In this document: positions 24,379 through 37,027 of the stretch, in pieces | Numbering within the stretch: the first letter of the stretch is position 1 | How the letters are laid out: each line of letters begins with the position of its first letter | Source: Perkinsus olseni | Lineage: Eukaryota | DNA length: 64,000 nt | Direction of reading: 5' to 3' | Assembly: GCA_013115125.1 (NCBI GenBank) | Contig: JABANN010000065.1 | Location: forward strand, 1-64,000 | Made by a program: the position numbers and the translations under genes | The notes under the pieces: generated by a model | Told to the model about the DNA's origin: nothing | Database searches by the model: none | The model's input: only the letters and a program-made list of their open reading frames with translations

Positions 24379-27300
24379 ATGGACTGGCGGCGGCGCCCAC
24401 CGATCATTACCAATGATACCAACAACGCCGACGGTATCCGGCGCTCTTCCGAGATGCCCGCCGTCTACCATAACATTATCAGAGACGGCTCCGTTCACGT
24501 AAGTCGGCCTCTATTGCCATGGATAAGGAGCAGGCCTAAGTTCAGGGTACAGGGGTGGTCACATCAGCGCCTGTAGAGCTGCGAGCAGGGTGTACCCAGT
24601 GAGTCCTCCGACGGCCGAGGGTGCTCATCACACTACCCTCTCGTAGAGCCGCAGTCACTCGCCGGACCAGCATCCATCGGTCGCCAGTCACGGTAGAGTC
24701 AATGCCGTCCGCTGATCTCTTCAACAGCGGCCCAATACGTTACACGACCGTGCGGCGCTCCCCTGCCGTGCCTACTGATCTGGCCTTGCCGGGGTAAGAG
24801 AGACGGCTCTGCACAAGTAGTGCAATACTCGAGGCCTGCTCCTGGAAGCGGTTACCGTGTGCTGGTGTCCTGAGCTCTTAACCTGAGCAACAAAGTAGTG
24901 ATCTCAGGCATCATCACCATCACAATAGGTCGACATCGCAGTCGAGCAGTGTTGGTACGGCGAAGGAGCAGCAGCAGCAGCAGCAGCCCTTGGGAGGGTA
25001 AACGATAGAGGCCCGCAGCATCATCAGCAGCAGCAGCAGCCAGTGGTACGCACTCCTAGGTCCCTAGGGGCGGCCGAGATGTGTCGCCCATTATCATCAA
25101 CATTGTCATCGACACTGAGCAGCAAGACAGGGGGGAGCAATGGGTAGGAGGGGAGGCCGGATTGGGTCACCCAAACACTCATTGCACCAAGCCCTGTGGT
25201 AGAGGACCTCCTGCCGTTCTTAGTAGCGTCTCGACTCGAGACTCTCGAATGATGTTCTCGGAATGAGAGAGACTTCTACGTGGAGCACGTGCTAATATCG
25301 GCTCACTTCCAACCTGAAGATACCGCATGGACGCTACCGAGAGCGTAGCCAGCACCCAGGCCACAGGACGCTTCGCGGCGTGGAGGGCAGCCGCCGAGGC
25401 TGTACACACCAGCAGCAGCAGCAGCAGCAGCAGGCCTGGTGGAGGGAATGGTCAGCGTTTCAATAATAAAGCCCTTCGTCAGCGACCTAGCAGGCACGAC
25501 CTCTCGGAGCTTCCTCTCGGCGTCGGGCTACTCGGGAGGGCTGGACGCTAGCGCCCCTCACGACGGCAGCCCTGCCTCTACCACTGGAGAGGACAAGCTG
25601 TTCAATGCTGCCTGCAACTGCGGGGCGCGGCATCAACTCCTCAAATGCCGGGTGACTCCTGATCACGTCTGGTCGATGCTGCTCAGGCGTGTGGTCAGGC
25701 ACGACTGGAGCAGTCTGCTCGCGAGATGGAGCGGAAGCTACGAGCAGCGATGCAGCGGAGGGACAGGGCTACTCGAGGGTGGGGGAGGCGGGTCGATGGG
25801 CAAGCCCAGGGTCGTGTTGTAGGCTGGAAGATGTTCAGAGCCTGAGTCGGGAACTGGACTCTGCTCGAAGGGATGCTAGAAGCAAGCATAGTGGATGGGA
25901 CCTCGCCTTAGAGGATGCTCGGAAGACCGCGGGTGAGCCGGGATGGAGAGCGATCGGGGTTGTGGCCGGAGACGATCGGTTTGAACTGCGCAGGAGAGCT
26001 TAAAGAGCAGGACTCCTGGCTCATCACTAGGGAAGGAGCTTTGACGCGGCGACGCGAAGAGGTGAGATGTCGATCGCCGGGATCGAACCCGCGACCTCTT
26101 TCTCTCATCAGACCTCTGACCTACGGCAGCGAGTCCGCTCCAGAGAGCGTCAGGTCGATGAGCTCATAGGGGAGACTAGGAAGGAGTATCGGAGGTTGAA
26201 GGGGGAGCTTTCCGCGGCTAAGACCACTGAGCGAGAGGTCCTTTGACCTTGTCCTCTGACTAGGGTGACATCCGATGACATCCATGACGCTGTACTGTAG
26301 GTGACCTCCATGATGGAGGGTATACGAGAGAGCCTGTCGGAGGTGCGGGAACGTCTAGTGGCTGATGAGGAAGCTCTCGAGGCAGCTGCCCATGATGGGG
26401 AGGTCCTCAAGGGTATACTAGAAGAGGTGAGAAGGGGGCCCGGGAAGTAGTGCCGGCAACGATCGTCACTGCTGGTATCGCTGTTCATATCCTGTCGGCC
26501 ATTCCACGACGAGCGGTGGGTCCATCCTCTCCGTTCACTGACCTCTCTTCTCGCTCCTATGATGATGTTTGCAGCAGGACTCTTTCGAGGACCCCTCAAT
26601 ACCGCGCTCAAACTCGCTAGCGCGGGGTGGCGCTACATGGTAAAGGGGGTCGTTAGAAAGACAGTTCCAGCAACAGTGCGTTTCTTTGGTACTTTATCCA
26701 CTTGCCGTCCTTGCTGTGCTATCTGCACCCTCGGGCAGATAATGCTGACTGTGTCCCTCGTTGTCCGTACGGAGCGACTCTTCTTGGTAACGTCGCCTGT
26801 CGGCAGATACCGTCGATACTGTGCGAGGTGGAATCGAACCGAACCGCAGTCACCGAGGAAGTACTGACCCACAGCGAGAGCTACTCGGGGCCCGGCGTCT
26901 GACGGTATTGCAGATAGCAGCATGTCGAAAGCGCCTCGATAACCACGTCCTGGAGAGGGAAGAGTTGGACGATCAGCGCAAGAGGCTGGAGGGTCGACGT
27001 AGCAAGGTGGCTGCTCGGATGGAGGGCCTTCACGTGGAGAAGCAGGTGAGGGGGCGCTGTCTGCCACCCGCCCAGCTGATGCGCTGTATAGCGGGCCCAG
27101 GCCGTAGGGATCAGTCAGTCTCCGAATCCCGGTAAACGCTATCGGGTTGACAGAGCTCTCTATGAGGAATCATAGCGACAGTCGCCCGGTCTTTTGTGTG
27201 TATCATTCCCTGTAGGATATATCAGCATTGGGCCTGAGGCTTGACGAGCTGCAACGAAAGGTGTGTGCTAGCGAAGGGTCCCGAAGTAGCCGTAGCAGCA

Positions 27301-27693
27301 GTCAGAGCAGCAGGGGGACAGGGAGCGACACAATGGTGGGTGATACAATGTCCCTTCTCGCGGTCACTTCACCACTCAGGACGTACAAGAAAGCGAACTC
27401 ACTGCTCTGGAAAGGGAAGTGAGCGCGAACGATGAAAAGTTGAAAGTGTGGTAGGGAAGCCTTGCACGGTGGTATTGCTGATCGCCTTCAGACTTTCGCT
27501 GAGCAAAACTCCGAATCTAGGAGACACCGAGATCGTTTAGAGTTCAAATTGGAAGTTAGCAAACGGCAACTCGAGGAGGTAGGCGACGATGGTAGCGGAG
27601 TTTTCTGGGCGCGGCACGGTCTTCCGTCATCAGGCTAAAGTAGAAGTACAGAGGTGTCGGAAGGCGGTACCTCGGCCCGGGATGGTGAAGTGA
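24379..27693 (+). CDS. Large multi-exon coiled-coil protein
   Basis: Exons such as LEDVQSLSRELDSARRDAR, LEREELDDQRKRLEGRRSK and LGLRLDELQRK are separated by ~50-nt GT-AG introns. Stop TGA at 27691-27693. Start uncertain. Confidence 0.6.
26067..26098 (-). promoter_or_regulatory. Extended B-box in intron 26062..26111
   Basis: + strand reads ATGtcgatcgccGGGATCGAACCcgcGACCTC. Confidence 0.7.
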
Positions 27694-29922
27694 TCTGAAC
27701 TGCGTTATGTGACGATTGCTTGGCTGTTGGTTTAAGTTGATGGTAGCTGCAAATCGGAATTTAGCTGCAACACTAGCGAGTACACTATGAATCCAGGATG
27801 GTCTTTGAGGGGCTGCACTACGGTGTTGTTGGAAAGAATGAAGTGATGATATTTTAAGTGACCATTGCTTTGCTTGCAGTACATGTTAAAGGGTCTCTAG
27901 ACTGGAAAGGGAGCGTTCAGAGCGCTTCATTAGTATAAAGGTTGTGTTACGTAGTTCTTACAATTTGTATGTTGATAGATAGCCCTTCGCAATTAGTCAA
28001 TTTATGATTGGTCACAGCACCGGGGTGGGGAGTAGAGCCTGCCAGGAAGGAATGAGACGATCTGGTCGTTGTGTAATGCGCGTGTAACTCAATAACGCAA
28101 AAGAGAGGTCGTCGTTAGGGTCCTGACACATCGGCATCAAGCCTAAGCTGGCGAAGGCGTTGGACCTTAAAACTGACACACACCAAGCTGTCAAAACAGC
28201 AATGAAGGGTCGATAAATCTGCCAACGTTGCCTTTATAGGAGCGACTGTGCCACCCTGAGCGATTGCTATTCCTCGAGAAGGATGGGGTCGCTCTTAGCA
28301 ATGACACAAATACTCGTTATTTTCTGGATTGCCCCTAGCTTCGGAAAAGCCCGGTTTCAAGAAGACAGGTCGGAGTCGGTATCCGTTGAGGAGTTATGCA
28401 AGTTGCCGCTGCACGGTACCACGGAAACCCTCACACATCGCAGACATTGGACAGAGCCTTGATAGTAAAACCATCGTGTTTGGGTCACTTTATTTCTGGT
28501 GGTAACTTGCCACTGGTAAGTGCTATAGCAGAACTTCTCGGACGGTGGCATGATCAACGTGGTGCCTCCGCGTGTGCGTGGCCCCTTCTTCGGTTCGGAA
28601 ACGGCAGCGGCACTGGTTGAAGCACATACTGTCGAACTGCCATCATTCATTCTGGCGCAAAGATACACATGACAAAAGAGACACCGATACGGTGTAATAG
28701 GCTCCTATAGCGCCTGACAGGCGCCGTAGTAGCTGGCTCCCGGCTCGGGAGTCCCGGGCTTCCTCCCTTGAACTTTGCGAGCCGACTCCCTCCCCAATGT
28801 TAGCTCTTGTGCCATTCACGCACGCGATTCGAACTGCGGCCGGCGTGTCGCCTTATGCCGCTTACGATCTCACATCGATTGGGCATGGGCCGGGCGTAAA
28901 CCTGTATGCTCACCATAGCAGACAGCCTCTCAACCGTCACGGCATGGGTGCCGTCGACCGGTATGTTAGTACGCATCTCTACGAATCCGTCGGCCTGTGT
29001 TAGCGCAATTGCGAGGTGAGGGAGCAACAGAATGGGCGCCACTCGGGCATAGGGTGTGCCTACAATACTGTAGTTCCCGCGATAACACTAAGATTCGTTC
29101 GAGTTATTGACGATATCTCGCTCTCTTGGGCTCTCCTCAGCCATGCCGCGTGCTCCGCGCTCACAAACTTCTCGCGTTCGTTCTCATCGCAGATGGACTC
29201 GAGCCTGTACAGATTTACAGTGCTAGTGCTTCCTCCACGGTCTACTCGCCGGTAGCTTTAAATGGTGACTGCATTCCGGATGTTGCGACTTACGAGGTCC
29301 CTGATCTCTTCTGGCGGTAGGTGAGCTGAGAGCTGGTCTTTGGTGATCCAGCGAGCCGTCCCAGGCGAACTATACCGATGCCAGAGCGAAGATGAACACT
29401 CGGCCGCAATTTCTGCGGAGGCGCGATTCGATAGAATTTGCAAGGGTGTCGTACAAAGTCGCATACCCTCGTCGACGCGGAACTCAGTGGAAAGTTACCA
29501 TCAGTAGCAACCTGTGGATGGCTGTAACCCGGGATTCGCGAACCAAGACCACTGCTCCGTCAACTCAAAGAGTGGTTAGGGTATGGAATCAGAATGCGTT
29601 ATTCGATACGAAGCCTATCAAGGCAATATGACTATAAAATCTGATGAAAATGCTAGTCCGCATATCTGGTAGAGCCGGCGCTTAAAAAGCCACCGCAATC
29701 CATGTGCGGAGTATGTTAGCGTGTTGAGTCTGATGAACCTACAGCAGCCGTCAGAGAGACAAGTAGTACAATAGTGGTAGATCCAACCTCTCTGAGTAGT
29801 ACGATGACTAAATGAAGGCGGGTGGTAATTGTAAATGACCATTGGTGATACAGCTCATCGGCAGAGACCGGCGCTCGCCTCGAGAGCGGCACAGCCTCTA
29901 ACTTTGCATCCACTCCGAGAAA

Positions 29923-31055
29923 TCAGCATTTAGTCGAGTGTAGTTCATCCATCTCTATGCAGCAGCAGTAGGAAACATCAGGGTCGGCAGGAGCATCGAA
30001 GATGGAGAAGGGAGTCCCATACTTCACCAGGCGACAGTTGCCAAGCCAGTCAGCGTATTCCCAATACTCAGCGACGGCAGAGGAGGACGTGGCGTCGAAA
30101 GGCTTCATCTTCTCACACCCGAGAGTATCCTCTTTCCCCGGAGAGATTCCGAAGTGTTTGCAGAAGGCTTTGTAATACTCCACACGGTTGGCAGCTTGCT
30201 GACTCTGATGACCACATTCGATGCCGTTAGTGATCATGATAGTTGCCCCGAAGCCCGGGATCCTGTTGGCGGCGGTATCGTTCCCATTTGGTTTCCACCA
30301 GCCGGTGACAACATCATGAACAGACGGCTTGGGTGTCTGCGGGGTCATATCGAACCAGATAGCGCTGGCGAAGGACAACCAGCCGCCTTCATTCGTTAAG
30401 ACGCCGTCGGCATTGGCGAGTAAATTAGAACCTTCGGATCGTCGTAGATGACCACTGAGAACGGACCGTAGTTGTAATTCCAACTGATCTGCTTGGCACC
30501 GCGGCCGAAGTACTTTTGACCAGGACGACAAGCGAACCTGTCTTCTACCCATTGCGGGCTACTAGCGCAGTAGTCCCAGCCAGGATTGACTTCGCGGTAG
30601 TAGTATAACCCTTGTTGCCACTGAGGATATTTGCTGCTCGGGTCGTGAGCACCAACCTCCTGGACGAAATGGGCGAACATGGTGGCCAGCTCTCGTAAGC
30701 ATAGTTCATCTTTGTCGGCATTATCCGGTCCAGCGTCATCACAGAACCTCGGCCACTTCGCCACTGCCTTGAGGAAGTTGTGGTAGGTGTAAGGCCCCTG
30801 GCCCATGCCTTTACCCATGTTGGCCAAAGGGAAGAGAGACGAGAAGACAGTCTCATTAACCAGACGCTTGACTCTCTGACAATTGGCAGCATCGGTAATG
30901 TCTTGCTCAGTCGGGACACCATCCAAACGTATGGCCCTTCTTAGCATGCTCTTGGCCTCTGAGGGCAGGGGAGGGCGTTTAGAGGGGTCGCACTTATTCT
31001 GTCCGAACGCCACTTGTAGCAATAACGCGGAGAAGACGAGCAGCGAGAACACCAT
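29923..31055 (-). pseudogene. GH19 chitinase, intronless, with a frameshift near 30420
   Basis: Signal peptide; YTYHNFLKAVAKWPRFC, ELATMFAHFVQEVG, GLYYYRE, YFGRGAKQISWNYNYG; then in another frame SAIWFDMTPQTPKPSVHDV and GFGATIMITNGIECG. Confidence 0.85.
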
Positions 31056-31319
31056 TGCCTGGAAGATCGTAGAAGAACCGTGGAAGAACGTCTCCTGAGC
31101 CCATTGCAGTGTCCCATCACAGAACACAAGCTGGTGATACTACGGAAACGATTGTTTAGAAACGACAGAGGTTATGAGCATGTCGATACTGTAGCCACCA
31201 ACGCCAACATCAACTTCAACACGATGAGGTACCCTCATCATTGTCAGCGCCTGCCCGACTTCACTCTGGCCAGCACTGGGCTTAGGTGCGGAGGACTCCT
31301 TTCGAATAACCGGTGAGTT

Positions 31320-34012
31320 GCAGGCGGGCTTGAATAGGACTCCACAGTGAGCTGCTATGGCCTGAAAAGGCGAGCGACCTTACCAGCGCTACAACAACGA
31401 TCCGGCGCGACCTCTTGAAACTGCATATCCACTGGGCACTCGCTCCTGATTGCTAGGGCATGGGCGAGAGTGTCCAGCACCCGACTATCGCGGAGACTCT
31501 CCCGTCCCAGGATGAGCGAATACGCGGTCTTTATGGACTGAGAAGTGTCCACTAAGTTTGAGTTATGCATTGACGATCAGCTGCTGCGGCTGCCTCACCT
31601 CCATTCTGTTCATTCCAGGCAACTTCCTCCATGCAGAATCAACAACCTCCTCTGGCAAGGGTGTAACGTCGAGTGCCGCCATACCGTGTATACAGAAGGC
31701 GACGCTGGCAGGGTCCATAGCCTCGATTGCAGTGGTCGCAGCATCGACCAGTTGTGCCAGGTTCCACGTGCCGGGATGGTAACTGGTACAGATCCGACAG
31801 CTACTGTTGACGGATGGAGAGGCCCCTGGGGGTCGACACCTACCACATTTTCCCCAAGGCGTGGAAGAGTTGGGCTCGTTCGAGTGGTGTGCGACTGAAC
31901 AGGCCGTCCATGGCCAAGTCAACGACTCGCTGCCAAAAGCCAGCACCTGAGAAAAGGGTCTCCGCAAGAGCATCACCTTCATAACAACCGACCTAAGCGG
32001 ACTTCATTTCTAGCCCGATCGCTCCTATCAGCTTCTCGATCTCCACTGCGGGCTGCTGCCACTGCTACTGTACCGATTTTTGATGATGGGTCGTTCAATG
32101 CCTACAGACATGACATAGCAGACTGACGAGGTACGCCAGCACTCCAGCAAGGGGAGTACAGGAGAGAGGATGAGCGCCCAGAGTGGGAGTAGTCGGGACT
32201 TGAGAACTAGTCCTTGACTTAGCCTCGGACGTCCTGCTTACCTCTTCGCAGAGGCTCTGGTCGGCTTTGAACATGTCGGTCATAACGGACAGGGAATAGT
32301 CCTCCCAGGTAATCGGTCGGAATAGATCCGGGCGTGAAGGCAGCTGACTGAGGGCATGATTGACGATGACCAGCTCGCCTGGCTCAAGTCTGAGGTACAC
32401 AGCCGATGGACCATAGGAGAGACAGACCGCACGGTCATGAGTATTACGACGCAGAGTCACACAAGGATCTCAGTTTAAGAAGGGCCCGCTCGTGCCGCAG
32501 GTGTTGGCCGGCTGTGACGAAGACAGGCAACAACGAGGCTATGGTCGGACCATCAACACGATGGAAGCCGTGAGAAGCTTCTACTATGGCACCACCTGGA
32601 CAGGGTACGCATCCTTGTAGCAACATGGACAGGCAACTCACCGATCTTATCGAATATGCCTTCGAGATTACTGAGGGACATCTGTTCGGCACAGATGGCC
32701 AGGCTCGACATATGATGCGCCGAGCACTCCGCCCAGAGCCCATCTTGCGTAAGGTATCGATCTACACATCTCTCGGCGAAGTCCTTGAGTGAGTACAGCC
32801 TCAACTTAGCCATAGCCCACAGGATGTTGGCCAAGTCGACCGACCTCGGCCCGGCGGCGGCGGCGGCGGCGGCGGCGTTGATGCCTGTACGCCGTTCGAA
32901 AACCTCTGGCGCCATCTCCACTATGCCACAGTCGGCGAGCTGCTGATTATGGGAATCTTTCAGTTTGGCATAACTCCAGGAGAGGTTAGCCCAGTCGGCC
33001 GGTCGGAAGTCAGAAGGGCGTCGAGTGGCCGAGTCGAAGAGTCTATCAGAAGCTTCCTGCACTTCCCGCGGTAAGAGGCTGTCAGCCTCTCTCGAGTAAA
33101 TCCTCGCGATCGCCCAGGTCGTGTTGTTGACGTGTTGGGCTCTGATGTCTCTCGCTCGTGGTTGCAGCGCTTGCTGCAGTACCAAGAGTTCCCTCAACCC
33201 TGCCTCTACTACGACTACATCAGCATCGAGGAGGACCCCAAAGGACCAGACGATGTTGCTGACGTTCTGGGGCTGCAGCTCGGGCCATGACCGCAGACCC
33301 CTCCCTCGCCGCGTCACCTCCTGGGCGATAAACTCGATGATCGCTACTGAAGAGGGGTCGCACCTGAGGCGACCATGAGGGAATCCTGGAGCGCACTCGC
33401 AAGGATACCACCTCTCATGCCGCTGTAACTTCCGCTGTTGATGTACCTTGGCGATGCCCCAGGCTATGTTAGCCAGCAACTGAGGCTTCATAGTGGTGAG
33501 GAGGTGCGGCGTTATCAGCGTTCTCATCGCCGCGATGACCTACTACAACAGCATTTGCGTGAAAGTCCTGATGAGAGCTGACCTCTATTTTCCAGTCCGT
33601 GGATCCACCGACTGATGCGATGGCCCATACTGCATTGGACAAGGACATCGGCCGAAGCTCAGCGATGCCCTCAGGGCCACTCCTGGTCATGAAGGCTGTA
33701 AGTCTATTGGCTAGTCGATAGATGAGAGCTGAAAGAAGCGCTCAACCGCCGAAGCTGCGCACAGCAGTTGTACTCACCAGTGGCTTTCTTGGTATCCTGA
33801 CTGCTGTGTCGAGCAGCACGGTGCATGCAAGTGACCATGTTGACCAGGTTCATAGAGCCCAGGTTACGTTCCACACACTGGGCCACGTCCTCTAGAGTGT
33901 CCATCTTGGCGATGCGGATATTCAGCTGGACGTGCCTATCAACAGCGCCAGCATAAGATGTACGGCAATGTTGTTGCACCGGTCGTAGAAGGGGGGCTAC
34001 GGTACGAAACAT
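31320..34012 (-). CDS. Helical-repeat (HPR/OPR/RAP-associated-like) organellar RNA-binding protein, probably mitochondrion-targeted
   Basis: Repeats LRPMSLSNAVWAIA, MKPQLLANIAWGIAK, LQPQNVSNIVWSFG, FRPADWANLSWSYAKL and SVDLANILWAMAKL. The N-terminus MFRTVAPLLRPVQQHCR resembles a presequence. Confidence 0.8.
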
Positions 34013-34469
34013 GAGTTAATTAGGTTAGTGGGGAGTGGCTGATAGAGAACACCCAGCTGTCCTCTCGACGAGTTTACATCACCCTAGACTGTGCACCTCC
34101 GCCGTGACTGGCAGCCGATAGGAAGATACGACACCACTGAGCAGCACGAGGAGCTAGTATTCGACTGGCGTCAAAGTCACAGGCAGCAGGTGTGGCCTTC
34201 ACGGCAGCATGTCTGTAGGGGTCCCCACTGCCGCTTAGCCCCCTCCCGCTGATAACTAACAACCCAATACGGTTATGGTTGCCAAAGGCGGCGACGGAGG
34301 GAGTTTATGTAAATATAACAATGGTAATAATAGTAGGATGATGCTGCTGCTATCACTAGAAGGAGCCACACGTATGATATCTTTGTCGCTGAAACACAGA
34401 GTCATCTTTGTCGCAGTCTCCACACAACAACATCCTTCTCGAGGTCCGGACGAGCTGTAGTCTGGCATT

Positions 34470-36936
34470 CAGCATTGCACAACTCTACACGACGCTGGGG
34501 TATAGTCTTGATAGGGCCCGAAACCACCGGCTTAGACCGACCTGAACCTACACCCATAAACTACCACAGTCAAGGTAAGATATCTCGCCTGGCCTACCCT
34601 GTGTCATGAGCATGGCGGCTGCTCGCTGACCGGCCTTCACGAAGTCGTTCGGATCCACGATCTCCTCATAGACCTCGAGCGCTACGGGTGGGTTCACAAT
34701 GCCGCCACTCTGCACACTGGAGGTGTCAGTCGGTGACTGACGACAAGGTGACTACTGTCATCACTAGTCCTAGGTTGCCCGACGACTCACCTGGGGAGAA
34801 GACGCTGCTGTCGCCAAGACGTGCTGGGAGGGGTCAATAGGCTGGTACTCGATCCTCGCTGGACGGTAGTCCGGGTGTGTTGGTGGTACCATCGCAGCGA
34901 AATTGCTAGGCCTCCTGAGACGGGGCAGTTGCGAGCCAACTACGTGCTAGTACTACACTTACCGTGAAGCGTTCTGTGATGTACTCCTCCTGAGGGATGG
35001 GCTCCTCGAGGCATCGCTACTGATGCTGCGAGAGCGGCTGGACCTCGAGCGAGATCTGTTGCGATGATGTCTCCTGCGGGACTTCCTTTTCTTTTCTCTT
35101 CTTTCCTTCTTTTTACGTTCCTGTACAGGAAGAACTGCGGCCACAAGCGGGAACTCGAGCGAATCAAGAGACGGGTGCAGAGTAGGCGGCAGAACTATCA
35201 AAAAGCCTCACTCGACACCTAGGCGAATTGAAGTTCACTACAACGAAGGTTAGCTACAACATTCGTCGACACCGCTTTACCAAGCCGATTGCCGAGCGTT
35301 CAGCGTTCCTAGCGATAACATCCTACGATACGCCCGGCATGGACTGGCAGTGAGAGGTAGACTAGTAGTCACCTTCTCTATGAGAAGTAGAGCCAGCTGC
35401 GTCGCTGGGTCCATGTTGTTCAGCTGTTGCGCACTGCCCGGGTTCGTAGCGAAACTCCCGTTGAGGCCGTCACGACCGTTGCCAGCAGCGGCCTCTGACC
35501 CCAAAGGCGTCAGAGGCTTAGAGTTGTTCCTTAAGTCACCTGAGTGCAGGACTGTGCGAAAGGGTTGGGGAGAAGGACAACTCACCAGCGACCATGGCCT
35601 CCCTCAGCTGGTGCCCGACGCTGTACTGTGTTTCTATCATCCTGTTGACACTTGCATGGACCAGAGTTTGAGAGCGGGGACAGAACTCCTTGGCGAGGGA
35701 GTTGGCCTCATTGATGACAACTGTTGTGGGAATATGCTGATGATTGAGAAGCTCGAAGGCAGCCGTCCTGAAGACACAACGGTGAGGCGAGGGAGGGCAG
35801 ATGGCGTAGTGATGGGTTGATGGTGAAGATTATTGACATGGCTAACTAGTGATAGAACTGTAGGGATCAGCAAATGGGCGGAAGATGTGACGAAAGACTC
35901 GAATGCCCGTAATGAGCTGCTCGAACTATGCCCAAGGAAAAGCTAGAGGTGTCAGAATGAGTGAGAACATCAAAGTGCTGCAAAGGTGACGGAGTCTCGA
36001 CAGGCTCGGGAGACTGTCATGTTTAAGAAGAGAGTAAATACACTACTAAAGGGGATCCCTTGACTATCACCCAGAACAGCATAGCACCCGGTCGTGATCC
36101 CGTGTAGGACCTCATTATCGACAGCTCCGATGTGCTGAGTGACTTCTGCAATGATTCGTCCAGTATGCTGATTATCCATCTATCACAATACACCAGGTTA
36201 GGCACCATACCTGTGAGAGAGAAGAAGCAGGAACCTTGCTAGGAATTAAAGTACATAACTACTGGTATTACCAGAGAGAAGCTCCTCAGTAAAAATATAG
36301 TACTCGGGTTCTTTAGGGAGCTTCCGCATGAACTCACTAAGATGCCACAAAGATTCTCTTCCAATGCGACCTTACCCTCGCCTTACTCGATAGCAGCATC
36401 AACCTCCGCTATGGTATGAGGTTTCTTATCGTCCCAGGCCATGAGGAACAGGACCGCCTCGCGTCTATTCTCGTGCCTTTCAATCCTAACTCGTGGTCGG
36501 AAGTCTTTAATAGGGCGGAGGGCTGTAGGGCCATGGTTGCCGCTGGCTGTGTGAGTGTGAAGAACTCTGTCATCGTGTTGATTAGCAGAGGATGATGGTG
36601 GAGGGAAAAATGATCTGGATGCCGACCTCCTTGTGGACGATGCGTCTCGGTACCGCCTCTCGCGCCGTTCACGATCGTACTCCCACTCATCGTCACGAGC
36701 CTGTCATGAGAAGAAGAGATAAACTTCATCAAAATCCTCGTCTTTGCGGACGTGCGACCGTTATTCACGGAAAAATAGGAAAAATCGTCGAAAAAGGCCG
36801 GAAAAAAAGCAGCTCCAGTTGGTACTACCTTCCTGCGCCCTTCTCTGCTCTCATCATGAGAACGCCCCTTAGAAGATCTATGCGAAGACCTGCCCCTCGG
36901 GGACCGCTCACGGGAATTGCTACGGAACGCGTACAT
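34470..36936 (-). CDS. NusB-domain protein with RS/RE-rich N- and C-terminal tails
   Basis: Spliced: MYAFRSNSRERSPRGRSS...|ARDDEWEYDRERRERR...RHENRREAVLFLMAWD...GMVPNLVYCDRWIISIL...SELSIMR|TAAFELLNHQHIPTTVVINEANSLAKEFCPRSQTLVHASVNRMI...RNRSRSRSSRSRS. The 3' end is approximate. Confidence 0.75.
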
Positions 36937-37027
36937 TCTTTATCGATTGCTTGGGCGTGCGCTTCTTACCCCAAGGGTTCCCTTTTCCGTTGTGACCCTC
37001 GCCGGCCCGATCTAGTGTGCGTCGCTG

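Noticed and set aside
26830-26840. GGAATCGAACC B-box-like match
   Set aside because: Lies in a coding exon (VESNR) and lacks the ATG extension and GACCTC.
27750-29880. Genes or transposon in this ORF-poor stretch
   Set aside because: Only short interrupted frames, with no recognisable domain or terminal repeats.
31090-31112. Relic spliced leader upstream of the chitinase (minus strand GCAATGGGCTCAGG)
   Set aside because: Too weak a match to the Perkinsus/dinoflagellate SL ending GCCATYTTGGCTCAAG.
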